Source of the DNA: Rebecca billardiae RCC1528
Taxonomy: Eukaryota; Protista; Haptophyta
DNA: 64,000 nt
Reading direction: 5' to 3'
Assembly (NCBI GenBank): GCA_965240325.2
Contig: OZ251231.1
Span: forward strand, 1,798,001 to 1,862,000
Positions within the stretch are counted from its first letter, which is position 1; each line of letters opens with the position of its first letter. The notes beneath the pieces were generated by a model. It was given only the letters and a program-made list of their open reading frames with translations, was not told the origin of the DNA and made no database searches. This document shows positions 42,525-54,833 of the stretch, piece after piece. The position numbers and the translations under genes are program-made.

Positions 42525-45500
42525 ATGGGTGGCGGACGGGAGGAGCGCCTGGTGCGCTACTTCGTCGTCTGCCGCCCCACCGATCTCTCGCCCCCGTCTG
42601 ATGCCGAGCTGGCGGCGGCGGCGGCGGCGACGGCCGCGGCGGGCGGCGAGCACGCGGACGGCGCATGCGCGCGCACGCCGTCCGTGGTGGACGCGCTGCC
42701 GCCCACGCACGCGGGCGCGTCCCGTCTGCCGTCGGCGCTCCCGCTCTTCTGCTTCCCGCACGGCTGCCACCTCGTGCGCGCGCCGCGCGCGCCGCGCGCG
42801 CACTCGTTTGTGCTGAGTGGCGTCGACCACGAGGGCGGCCACCTGCACGGGTACGTGCTGCAGTTCGACGAGGCGCTGGAGGAGGAGGGCGCGGCGTGGT
42901 GGTTCCCCACGGCGATCGCGCTGCTCTGCGCCTGGCCGCTCGCCGAGCTCGCCCACACCGCGCTCGCGCAGCTGCTCGTGTGCGCGCGCTCGGCGTGCGC
43001 GCAGCCCCTGCCGCTCGAGCGCCGTCTGTGCCACCTGCTCGCCGAGGCGCCGGCGCCGCCGGCGCTGCCGGCGGGGCAGCCGCTGCGCGCGCTGCGCGTG
43101 CACCTCACCGCGGCGGGCGAGCTCGACCGCGTCGAGCCCGTCGTCTGCGCGCGGCCGGGCGGGCTCACGCACCCGGCGGCGCGCGCGCGCCCGTCACTGC
43201 TGCTGCGCGCCCTCGGCGTTTCGTCACTTTTGGCCGTGTGGCAGTCGCTGCTGCTCGAGCGGCGGGTGCTGCTGCACGCGGCGCGGGCGAGCCGGGTGGT
43301 CGAGGGCGCGCTCGCGCTGCGCGCGCTGCTCCACCCGCTCGACTGGCCGCACGTGTACGTGCCGTTCCTGCCGACCGGGCTGCTGGAGATGGTGACCGCG
43401 CCCGGACCCTTCCTGATGGGGGCGCTGAGCGCGCCGCTGCTCCGCGCGCTGAGGGCGGAGGGGCTCGAGGCGCAGATGGAGCCGTGCTTGCTCGTGGACC
43501 TCGACAGGGGCACGGTGCGCGTGATGGGCTCCGCCGGCCTCGACGCCGACGCCGAAGCGCCCCCGGAGCTCGGCACCGCGCCGCGCGCCACGGCCGCGCC
43601 GCGGATGCCGCCGCTGCCGGCGGCCGAGGCCGCGGTGTTGAGGGCGGCGCTGAGCGACGTGCTGCACGACGGCGCCGAGCGGCTGGACGTGCTCGACGCG
43701 CGCCGCGCGCTCGCGGCAGTCGGCGCGCGCGGCGGCGCGCCCGTGCGCGAGGCGCTCGTCGCCGGCGAGGGCGCTGGCATGTGCGCTGGCGCGGCGGGCG
43801 GCGCCGCGCCGGCCGAGCGCGGCGCGGCCGGCGGTGGCGGTGCGGCGGGCGCGACGGACACGCCGGCGATCGCCGCGGCTGAGTGGCCTGACGGGTGGAG
43901 CGCGTCGCAGTGCATCAGCGCGGCGTTCCTCTCCTTCTTCGCCTGCGTGCTCACGCGCTACCGCCGCCATTGCATCGTCCTCTCTCGCTCCGCGCCCGTG
44001 CGGCGGCCGACGGGCGCCGGCGGCGCTGGCGGCGGTGGCGGGCGCGGAGCGGCGAGCGCGCGCGCTCACGAGGGCGACGACGCGGACGCGGAGCCGCCGA
44101 TGGTGCTCTTCCACCGCGAGGCATTCCTGCAGCGCTGGCGCGAGCGCCACGTCCACCACAGCTCGAGCACGGCGCACGGCGCAGACGCCCTCGCCGCGAC
44201 CGCGCCGCTGCCGCAGCCTCCGGTGCCGAGCGCGCAGCACCAGTCGGGCTCGGCGGCGGGCGCGGGCTCGGCAGGGCCGGCGCCGGCGCCTGCGCGGCCC
44301 GCGGCGCCGGCGGCGCAGCCGCCGCCGCTCGCGGCGATGGGCAGCACCGGCAGCCGAGGCAGCTCCGCCTCGCTCGGCCGCAAGAGCGGACTCGCCGCCA
44401 TCGCGCGCGCGCACCAGGTGACCAGCTCGACCCGAGACCCCGTGGTGCCGCCGTCTGCGGCCGCGCTCGGCGCGGCCGGCGGCGGCGCGCGCGCGTCGCC
44501 GCCGCCCGATGCGGCGGGCGCGGACGGCGGCGTGGGCGCGGAGGCGCCGACCGACGCCGCCGCCGCGCCGTCCGAGCGAGGCTCGACAGGCTGCCACCGG
44601 CGCACCGCCTCTGAGCCGCCGACTGTGCCGCTGTTCCTCAGGCGCTCCACGTCCGCTCTCTCGACCTCCGTGGGCTCGGATCTGGCGGACGGCGGCGCGG
44701 CGGAGGCAGGCGCGCTGGGCGGCGTCGCGCCCGGCCGCGCCGCGGCCGGGCCGCGCGACGCAGCCGCACACGCCGCGCGAGCCGAGCCGAGTGCGTGCGC
44801 ACAGCCACAGCAGCACTCGGCGCCCGAGCCGCCCGCCGCGCCCGCCGCCGCCGCGTGCGGCGAGGCGTTTGTCTCACAGCTGGTGCAGACGGCGGCGTTC
44901 TCGCTGTTCCTGCAGCAGCAGTGCACGCCCGCGCGCGCCGTGCTCTTCGATCGGGTGCTCGTGCTCGCGAGGCGGCGACGCGGCGCCGCGGCCGCGGCCG
45001 AGCGCTGTGGCTCGGAAGGGCGGCGCGCGTTTGCGCACGCCAGCCACTACCTGGCCGACGCGATCCGCGCGATGGCGGAGGGCGCGCAGGCGCGCGTGGA
45101 CTTGATCGACGTGCCGCCGCCATCGCCGCTGTGGGCGGCGGCGCTGGCCCCGGAGCCTGCCGCCGCCGCCGCGGAGGCCGGCGCGCACGCAGCCGCGCCG
45201 GGCGCGGGCGCGCCCTCGGCGGCGCCGCCGCCGGCAGAGTCGCCCGCGGCCGCACCGGAGCCTCCGGCCGCGGCGGCGTCCGCGGCCCTCGCCGCCCTCG
45301 CCACGGACTCCGGGCTGACCTGCGAGTTCCGGTACGGCAAGTGGCCGCGGGCGCTGAGCGCGCAGCTGTACGGGCAGCCGCGCGCGCTGTGCGCCGAGCC
45401 TTCCGCTGCGCACCGCCTCTCTCAGGAGGCGAGGCGCGCCGCTGCGCTCGCTGAATCGTACGCCGGCTGCGCCGCGGTCGCCGCCGCCGCCGCGGCCGCC

Positions 45501-48301
45501 GCCGCGTCGTCGGGCGCGAGCGGTGGCGCGGGTGCCGCCGTGCAGCGCTCGCCCACGTCCAACGCGCGCCGTGCGGCGTTCCAGCACCCGGGCCAGATCG
45601 GCGTCCCGGGCGACGACGGCCTGGCCTCCCTGGACGACTCCCCGACGGCCCTCGGCTCCGAGGGCTCGAGCCGACCGCCGGTCTCGCCGATGGGCATCAT
45701 GTTTGGCCACGCGCTCGGCCAGCCTCCGCACCCGCTCCTCTCGCCGATGCCAACGGTCATCGCCGCGGGCACCATCTCGGGCCTCTCCTCCCGCTCCACC
45801 TCCGCTGAGAGCTGCATGCCGCACGACGGCGGCGCGCCGGGCGGCGCGCAGCACTCTCAGCAGCAGCCGTTGGGCGGCGGTGGCGGCGGCGTGGACGGCG
45901 GCGGCGGCGCGGAGGGCGTGCCGCGCGTGCGCTCGGCGCGGCTCGGCGGCCGGTTCGGTGGCTCGGCGGCCGGCGCGGCGGGTGCGGCGGCCGCGGGCGC
46001 GGGCGCAGCCGGCCGCGGCGCCGCCGAGCATGGCGCGGGCGGCGCTCAGCCACAAGCCTCGAACGCAGCTGCCGCGTACGCCGCGGCCGCGTCCGCAGCC
46101 GCCGCCTCGGCCGCCGCCCAGCCGCCGCCGCCGCTGTGCGCCTCGCGCATGTCCTCCTCCAGCGACCTGACCGCCGCAGCCGCGGAGCTGAGCAGCTTGG
46201 TCGATGCGCTCGGAGGGGCCGACGGCCCTCCGCGCATCGTCGCGCACCTCAGCGGCGGCGGCGGCGCGGCGCGCTCGCCCAGCCCCGGCTTGGACCCACT
46301 GCTGGCGCGCGCGGCGATCGCGGGCAAGCGGCTGGCGGCGTCGCTTGCGGATGACTACACGGCCCGCCTGCTCGCGACGGCCGTGCCGCGCGCCGGCACG
46401 GGCGGCGCGGCCCCGCCCGGACCGATGCACACGCCCGCTCGCGGGCCCTCCGGTGTGGCCCCCGGACCCCCCGCCGCTCCCGGACTGTCCGCCGCCGAGC
46501 TCGATGACCTGATCGCTCTGATGGCCCTGCCGCACGCGCGGATGCAGCTGGGCGCGGGGCTGCGCCGCGCGGTGCGCGACGCGGGTGTGTCCACGCGCGC
46601 GGCGGCGCGCGGCGTGCACCTTGCCCCCGCGCACTTCCGCGCCGTTCGCCGCGTGCTCGGCGAGGCGCTCGAGCAGTGCGCGCACGCGGCGGACTTCAGC
46701 GGCGCGCGCGACCTTCTGCTCGCCGCCGCGCGGTACAAGCTGCCGCTGCGGCCGCACGCGGACGTGGGCGGCGCGGGCGCGGGCGCGGGCGTGGGCGGCG
46801 CCGGCGGCGGCGCGTGCGGCGCGGGCCCTGCGCCGCACGCGCAGCAGGCTCAGCACGGCGCGGCGCCGGCCGCTCTCTTCCTGCACGAGGCGCTGTACCG
46901 AGACGCGACGCACACGCGCACCCGGCTGGAGGCGGCGGCGGCGGCATCGGCGGCGGCGGCGGCGGGCGGCGGCGCGGCGGGCGGCGGCGCGGGGTGCGGC
47001 GGCGCGACGGCTGGCGGCGCCGACGGCGCCGACGGCTCGCCGACGGCCGACGCGCAGCCCACCGCCGCCGCCGACGCGGCCGCCGCCGCCGCGCCCGCCA
47101 CGGCGCAGCCGCCCACGCCGGGCGCCGCGCCGCGCACGCCCGTCGGCTGGTCCGACCCGTTCGACTGGAGGGCGGAGCGCTTCTGGCTCGAGGCGCTGCG
47201 CGCGCGGCTCAACTCGTGGCGTGAGATGGAGGAGGCGTGTGGCGGCGCGCGCGTGCCGCAGCCCGACGGTGGCGCCAGCGCCGCGCCCGCGCCCGCACCC
47301 ACGGCGCCAACGCGCGCCGCGACGGCCGGCGGCGACGGTGCGCCCCCGGCGCGCGCAGACGGCGTTCAAGCCGCGCCCGCTGCCGCCGCGCCCGCTGCCG
47401 CCGCGCCCGGCGCGGCGGACGCTCCGGGCGGCAGGCAGGATGAGGGCCACGCCGCCGCCACCGTCACCTACGCCATCAAGGACGACGACGACGACGCCGC
47501 CACCGCCGCCGAGGCCGCCGAGGCCGAGGCCGGCGCGGAGGCGGAGGACGAGGACGACGCGGACTCGGACGAGGAGGGCGAGGCGCTCTTCAAAGAGGTC
47601 TCCACCGCCATGTACGACATGCTCACACTCGGGCTGGACGAGGCCGTGGTGGACAGCTGGCTCAAGGCGGCGCTGGCCGAGCACGCGGCGGGCGCGCGCG
47701 CCGCGCACGCGCTCGCGGAGCTGCGCGCCAAGCTGGCGGAGATGCGCGCGCTGGACGCGCAATCGAACCTGGTGACGCTCACGTCGCCGCCGCAGCCGGC
47801 GCGCACGGGCAGCACGCCTCTCTCCGCGAGCGGCACCGCCACCTCCGCCGGCGCGCGCGGCGCGGGCGGCTACAGGTCAGAGCTCCACCCAACCGTCACG
47901 CCCGCGCGCGCGGCGCTCCGCTCGTGTGGCCTGAGTAGCCTCTTCGCCTCCGCGGCCTCCTCCTCGAGCGGCGGCGCGGCGGCGGCGCGAGGCGCGGCCG
48001 GCGCGAGAGACGGCGCGCGAGACGGCGCGCTCGCCGCTCCCGGACCCGCGCAGCTGCCCGGACTCTTGGCGGTCGGCTCAGAGCGCCCCGCGCGCGCTTC
48101 GGGCTCGGACGTGCTGTCCGCCTCGACCGCCGCGGCCGCCGCGGCCGCGGGCTTTGGCGCGGCGGAGGATGCGGCGGGTGTGAACGGCGCGCTCGGCACT
48201 GTGGGCAGCAGCTGGCACGCGAGCCCGAAGCAGCACAAGGTGCATGGGGGCCAAAGCTTGTACGTGCCGCCCAGCTCGCCGCAGGCAGCCGCAGCGGCGG
48301 C

Positions 48302-48333
<32 letters not shown>

Positions 48334-49199
48334 TGCTGCTGCAGCGCTCGCCGTCGGACCGCGTCCGCTCCCTCTTCACGCGGCGCGCCACCGCGAGCAC
48401 CTGCTTCTCCGTGAGCGCGGTCGCGCCGTCCGACGGCGCCGAGCCGAGCGCGCCGCACCACGGCGCGACGCCGGCGCAGCTGCACCTCTCGCGCGCGCAG
48501 ACCCTGGGCGCCCTCGTCGCCTCCTCCTCGCCCGCGCTGTGTGCGGCAGCGAGCGCGGACAGGCCTGGGCCAGCGCACGGCGTGGGCGCCGAGCCGCTCG
48601 GCGAGGATGGTGGCGCGGACGGCGGCAGCGCGCGCACGCCGCCGTCCGGCTCCGCGCTCGACCTCGCCGAGGCCGAGGCCGAGCACACGCCCGCGCCGCG
48701 CTCGGTGCCGCCCTCGCTCGCCGGGCACACGGAGGTGGTCACTCTCGAGGTGACGAGCGCCGACAGCGGTGAGATTGGGCTGTGCGTGGCGCGCGACTCG
48801 GGCTCGGTCATCGTGAGCGGGATCGACCCGGGGAGCGTCGCCGAGCGCTCTGGCGCCGTGCGCGTCGGCGACGTGATCGAGGCCGCGGGCGGGCACGCGC
48901 TGCTGGCGCACAGCGACGAGGACTTCGAGGCGGCGGTGACGGCGCTTCGCGACGCAGCCGACGCGGGCACTGTCGTGCTCACCCTGCGGCGACAGGCCGG
49001 GCACGACGCCGAGCGCTCGGAGCTCGCGCTGCTGCTCGCAGAGGTCGACGCGTTCGCGCGCCAGCTGCCCGCCGCATCTGCCTCCATGACCATAGCGGAC
49101 GAGGAGGAGGAGGAGGAGGAGGAGGCCGCCACGGTGCAGCAGGTCTCGGCGGGCGGCACGAAGCCCGCGCCGGCGATCGACGCCGCGGCGTACGGCTGA
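42525..49199 (+). CDS. DENN-domain Rab GEF-like protein (uDENN/cDENN/dDENN) with SBF2-like region and C-terminal PDZ
   Basis: RLVRYFVVC, LPLFCFPHG, HGYVLQF, LLERRVLLH, LLHPLDWPHVYVPFLP..APGPFLMG (DENN); AFLSFFA..Y and FVSQLVQTAAFSLFL (dDENN); LFLHEAL..W..ERFWLEA (SBF2-like); IVSGIDPGSVAERSGAVRVGDVI (PDZ). First ATG at 42525; track start is TTG 42345. Confidence 0.88.
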
Positions 49200-49258
49200 T
49201 CGTAGGATCGGTAGCGTCCGCAAGATGATGATGCATGATGAGCAGTAGCGCGTCGCGA

Positions 49259-49371
49259 GCGCGCATATCAGTCATCGTCAGAAGTGAAGTAGCAGCGCTC
49301 TCTGAATGATATTCTTTCTGTAGTTCAGAGAGCGCTGCTACTTCACTTCTGACGATGACTGATATGCGCGC
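49259..49371. other. Perfect 48-bp inverted repeat with 17-nt loop, ~60 bp downstream of the DENN gene stop
   Basis: 49259-49306 gcgcgcatatc...ctctctgaa is the exact reverse complement of 49324-49371. Confidence 0.92.
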
Positions 49372-50465
49372 GATATATCACCTGCGTGGCGGCACCGCGA
49401 CCACCGCGGTGGCGCGCGCGCCGTCGACGCCAGACGGTGCGTCGAGCTTCCGCTCGGCGATGGAGTGATGGGCGGCTACGAGGGGGGGGGACGACGGCGA
49501 GGAGCGCTGATCCTGGTGTTTGTCCCTGCTGCTCGATCTGCTGCTACAGCTTGCTGGCTCTGACGCCTGCCCGTTCAGCATACCACGTCGTTAATATATA
49601 TATATACCACCTGAGGCGGGCATCACGATGCCCTCGTCAGGGCATGTAGTTGACACCGTCGTCATGCGAAGACATCCCAGGCCGTGTCATCTGCAGGAAG
49701 CGCGGCGCCTGTTCGGAGCGGCACGCCATCTCAGACAGCGCCGCGTCACACCTCGCGCCGCCTGGCCACAGCACCGCACAGGCATCAGGCTGCCCTCTGG
49801 AAGCGCGCGGGCTTTTTTTCCCATGCGCAAGGCTTTTTTTCAGTACAGGGGGGTCCAGATGGTGGGCCCCACTTTGGCGATGGCTGGCCAGGTAGTACGG
49901 CACGTCCGTGCCTCTGGACGGGCATTGAGCGGTGGCGAGGTCGCCAAATGGCGTGGCGTGGTCCCAGACAAGGTTGTTACTAGTCCTGATCAGCTTGCTA
50001 GCCATGCCGGTCGTTGATCACCCTGCCGTTGACAGGCGCGCACACGCCAAACGTATTCACCACTGCAGCCGTGTCAGACGGCGGTCGCACGACTACCGCG
50101 CAGCCAACCTTGCTCGTCAGATCCACGGCTTGTAGGGTCAGATGGACTATCGCCAGGCATGCACCGTCGCAATGCATGCCCCAGAGGGCAGTATGACCGT
50201 CAGAACGGTGATCCTGGCCGCTACCTGCCCATCCTTCTCATGCGCAACCTCACCGGCGCGCCGGTCGTACGGGGTCGTGGACGTGGACGTGAGAGTGGTC
50301 GAAAAGTCGGAAGGGAAGCTGTCACTCACGCGCACGCGCTCGTACGGCGACGCCGACCTGCCTACGCCACGCCCCAGTGACCGGGCCGTGGCGCTGGGGC
50401 CTTAGATCGCGTTGGGACGGGCATTCACGCCCGCCATGGCTTCCCTTCCGAAGTGGGAAACTTCC

Positions 50466-51011
50466 AGTCCGGGTCAAGTGCACGCTTCGCGAGATCTGAG
50501 CCTCGCGATGGCGTCGGCCGGGATGCGGCCCCGCAGCCGAGCCCCTCGGCGGAGGGCGGCGCGGCGCGGCGGCGCGAGCGATGAGGCGGCGGCGAGGTGC
50601 GCGCCTGCACGCACCGGTCGTGTGTGGCCCTGCTCCGCGCCTCCGCGGCCAAGCAGCTGCACTCCCTCGCCCGCCCGCCCGCTCGCGCGTGTGGCGTGCG
50701 CGCGCGGGGCGGCCGCGCACCCTCGCGGGGTCGCGCGCGCGTGGCACGGCCGAGGGCGGCCAGGCGGGCGCCGCGCGCGGGGGGCGTGCGTATGACCCCA
50801 AGAGCCATCGCGCGCGCCCGGGCCACCGAGCCGGATACGGCCGCGTTGCGATTTCCGCAACCGCCAGACACGCGCGTGCTCAGAACGGCGCCCCGCGGCC
50901 CCGCGTGCGCGCGCGACGCGTGCGCAGGGCGAGGGAGCGCCGCAGGGGCTGTTTCTGGCGCGGGCAAAGAGGGGCAGGTACAGCTGACTGCCACCATCTC
51001 TTCTGACCTGG
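50466..51011 (-). repeat. ~546-bp segment duplicated in inverted orientation at 53939..54485
   Basis: Near-identical translations in ORFs 50425..51126(-) and 53359..55812(+); only about 4 nucleotide differences by eye. Confidence 0.9.
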
Positions 51012-53535
51012 TCAGAGAGCGGCTGGCTGCCAGCCGACGTGATCTGTGTGTCTGTCCGTGCGCCGCCGGCCGGCGCGAACAGAGTGCGCACAGCCGAACT
51101 CGTACTCGTGAGCACGTCCCTCCCACTGGGAGGCGCTCTCGTTCGGAGGGAGGTGCTCTCGTCTGACGACATCACCTCCCTCCGCTGGCGCCGCCCGTTT
51201 GACGCTGGTCGGGATGGCCGCGTGCGTGCGCAGCGCCCGCCTCGCGTCGCGCGTCCCTAGTGCAGAGCGCGCGCTTGGCCGCGCGCGACGCGGCGGAGTC
51301 GAGTCTGACATGCCCCTGGCCCTCCTGGCGCCGCGCAACGCCGCCCATCGCCGCTCTCACGTGCATGCCTGCCGCGCACGGCTTGGGCTTGTCAGCACAG
51401 GCTGGCGGCGGCGCGCCGGGCCAAGGGCTCGGCCAGTGTTGCGCCCCTCGGCCAGGCCGAGACTTGGCGGAGGCGCGGGTAGTGCCATCGCCCGCCCGGA
51501 TCCCGGGCCTCGCCGTCAGAGTGTGCACGCGAGGCGTGCTGTCGTGGTCGACAGGTGAGGCGGTGCGCGCTCGCCCTCGAGCAGGCAGCGGACGTACCGG
51601 CAGGCGCGCCACACAGCGGGGCTGTCGAGCTGCTTCCGGCTGGGTAGATCGACGGTGCATGCATGCCCCGGTCGGAGGCGTGCGCGGGTTCGGAGGCTGG
51701 TGAATGCTCGGCAGCGGATCCACGTGTCTTGCCGGGCACGGCGGCGCGACAGCTCGGCAACCAGTATCGAGGACGCGCGGCATCAGAGCGCTGGCCGGCG
51801 TGCTGGCAGGCTCAAACGCCGCCGGGCCGATGCCTGCGCCTTGGCCGGGACGTAGACTGCTGCGGGCGGTGGCTCAGTGATGGTGGAGACCGGTGGCTGG
51901 CTCGGTGGACGGTTCGGCGGCCCGACGAAGACGGGCTGTGAGACGGCTGAGGCGGCGGCGCGGCGGTGGGATCGCCGCGTCACTGTCGCTCTTGGTCAGA
52001 GCTTTGCGGTGACACAGCGCGGCCAAGCTCTGGGTGTTGGTGCTGACGCTGCCATGTTGTCGCACGGGCCACCCGCTTGGCTCTGGCTCACCGATGCCCG
52101 GACATGCTGAAGCAGGGCTCTGCGGGATGGCTGCGTCACCTCAGTAAGGCTGAGTCCGTGAGAGGGATGGTCGTCGCTGCCCAGTCTGGTCGAGTTTGAT
52201 GAACTGACTTAGACTACTCAGCGACCGTAGGCTGCTAGTGCTCCACCAGCGTTGTCCGATCGTCATGAGTAGCTAGCTGTAAGTGTAGATCCCTATACAA
52301 GTACGGATCACAGCAGCATCATCCGCCCTGCTATTCATCGTCGTGACTCATCGTCAGCAGAGTTCGTCACGGGCTATTACTCGTCAACCGCGTCCTACCC
52401 GCCCCGCTGGCATCAACTTGGACAAGCGCCTGCGCTGATGATACGGCGTACCAGCATCACAATCTGAGCTCCTGCTGTGCTGGCTGTTGCTAATTACTGC
52501 ATCAGACGTCACTGCATGCTGCACGGCAGCAGCCATTCAGTACCGTATGCGCTCCGTCAGCAGGACAATGTGCGACTTATTCTGCATTCGAAGGGCAACG
52601 GCGCGTGCTGCGATGGCTATATGGTGTCCGTATCACTATCACTTGACGACTCGAGTGATCACGACGAGTCGTCGATCTTCATGACGAGCAAGTAGAGCAG
52701 CACTGCTACAGTGGAAGCATATCAGTAGTCCGTCATCGTCGGGTTCCCCTGGAGTTTCTGCTGGGATGCGTCAGCGATATACTGCGCTCCCGCGGCCTGG
52801 TCAGTGGTCCACGTCAGTCACATCAGGCAGCCTTACCTCATCCTACATGCCGCGCGGGCAGAGACCCGTGCAACGCCCGCGCGAATTGCATCCCTGAAAT
52901 TGCCGCGTGACGGAGCGACCTCGGGTCAGCAGTGGGCAGCCGGGCAGTGCCGCCCCGCACCGCCGGGCCCAATGGCAATGAACCCCCGCGGCCGGCCGTG
53001 CGGCCTTAGTGCGGCGGATCTATCTAGAACGACCGGCCGTCACGCACTGGGCGCCTCCAACATTCGGATGCGGCAAGATTATAAGCATCATGAGCCTCAG
53101 GCAGGCAGTCTCAGGTCGCGTGTCGTCAGGAGCAGGCCCCGGGCGCGCTGGCCGGGCACTCGCAGCCGAAGGACCGCAATCTATCAAGGATTGATTGCCA
53201 AGTCGTCAGCCGACTGTGAAGCTGAGCCTGAGGATGCTGCCCGCTGCCGGGCCGCGAGACGATCGAATAAAAATAATGATATATTATATATGATGACGAT
53301 GACGCGACGATAGTGATGCAGCCGCGATAGTAGACGGCTACTATACGGTTGTCGTTACGTGACTGCTAATCTGCAACATGCGGCGTCAGCTCCTGCTGTG
53401 GAACTCGATCTACCAGATCGACCGCCTGGTGATGACGCCGATCGATCTCCCTCACGAACTCAGCCCTCCCGTCGGGTGACGCAGGGAGTCCCGCGGAGCT
53501 ACTCCGGCCAGGAGGCTTTGACCTTCAGACTCTTC

Positions 53536-53940
53536 CCACCGCCATCGCCAGCGCCGAACCAGCCATGCTGGCCGCCGCGCGAGCCCGCTGATCAAGCCCG
53601 CCTCTGCCGCTTCCGCCACCGAGCCCGCGTCCATCCCCACCACCCTCGCTGCCGCCCAGACTGCCCGGCCGTCTGCTTCTCTGGCCATCCGCCAAGCCGC
53701 AAGCGGCCCGTCGGCCGCGGGCCGTGGGTGGCGGGTCAGCTGCATACCGTCGCCGCTACCGAGCCCGTCGCCGAGCCCGCCACTGTCACCGCCTACGTCG
53801 CCGCCACCAAGCCCGCCGCCGAGCCCGCAACCGTCACTGCCTACATCTCCGCCACCAAGCCCTCTACCATCATCGCCGCCATCAGCACAGCCGCCGACCC
53901 GACCGCCGAGCTCGCTGCCGAGCCTGCCACCGTCACCGCC
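53536..53940 (+). pseudogene. Decayed Ser-Pro (extensin-like) coding relic
   Basis: One frame reads PSPLPSPSPSPPLSPPTSPPPSPPPSPQPSLPTSPPPSP..., ending abruptly at the junction with the inverted duplicate. Confidence 0.5.
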
Positions 53941-54485
53941 AGGTCAGAAGAGATGGTGGGAGTCAGCTATACCTGCCCCTCTTTGCCCGCGCCAGAAACA
54001 GCCCCTGCGGCGCTCCCTCGCCCTGCGCGCGCGTCGCGCGCGCGCGCGGGGCCGCGGGGCGCCGTTCTGAGCACGCGCGTGTCTGGCGGTTGCGGAAATC
54101 GCAACGCGGCCGTATCCGGCTCGGTGGCCCGGGCGCGCGCGATGGCTCTTGGGGTCATACGCACGCCCCCCGCGCGCGGCGCCCGCCTGGCCGCCCTCGG
54201 CCGTGCCACGCGCGCGCGACCCCGCGAGGGTGCGCGGCCGCCCCGCGCGCGCACGCCACACGCGCGAGCGGGCGGGCGGGCGAGGGAGTGCAGCTGCTTG
54301 GCCGCGGAGGCGCGGAGCAGGGCCACACACGACCGGTGCGTGCAGGCGCGCACCTCGCCGCCGCCTCATCGCTCGCGCCGCCGCGCCGCGCCGCCCTCCG
54401 CCGAGGGGCTCGGCTGCGGGGCCGCATCCCGGCCGACGCCATCGCGAGGCTCAGATCTCGCGAAGCGTGCACTTGACCCGGACTG
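53939..54485 (+). repeat. Inverted duplicate of 50466..51011
   Basis: Reverse-complement match; ends 3 bp before the 330-bp Sel1 duplicate. Confidence 0.9.
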
Positions 54486-54488
54486 TTC

Positions 54489-54818
54489 ATCTGGCCAAAG
54501 AAATAGAGCTGGCCCCCCCTGTACAGTATGGGGGTACGCGCCACGGCGGAAAATCAACATGGCGGGCGATGCCGCGGTCCGCATGCTCCGGCGCGCGGCG
54601 GGGCGGGGCGACGCACGTGCGACCTTCCTGCTGGCGACGCGCACCGAATCGGGCGACGGCGTGACGCGGGACGTCGGCGAGGCGCTTCGCCTCTATGTCC
54701 TCGCAGCGAATCGCGGCTTTGTGCAAGCGCAGCGACGCTTGGGCGAGATCCACGCGGCCATGCCGAATTGGGCAGAGGCGGTGCGCTGGTACCAGCTGGC
54801 GGCCGAGCAGGGCAATGC
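54489..54818 (+). repeat. Exact 330-bp copy of the Sel1 gene 5' flank and first 260 coding nt (60925..61254)
   Basis: atctggccaaagaaatagagc...gagcagggcaatgc is identical in both places (offset 6436). Confidence 0.95.
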
Positions 54819-54833
54819 GCGCGCCGTCCCGAC

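Noticed and set aside
49400-53350. Possible decayed gene(s)
   Set aside because: Coding-like composition, but many stops and no recognisable motif; cannot be assigned.
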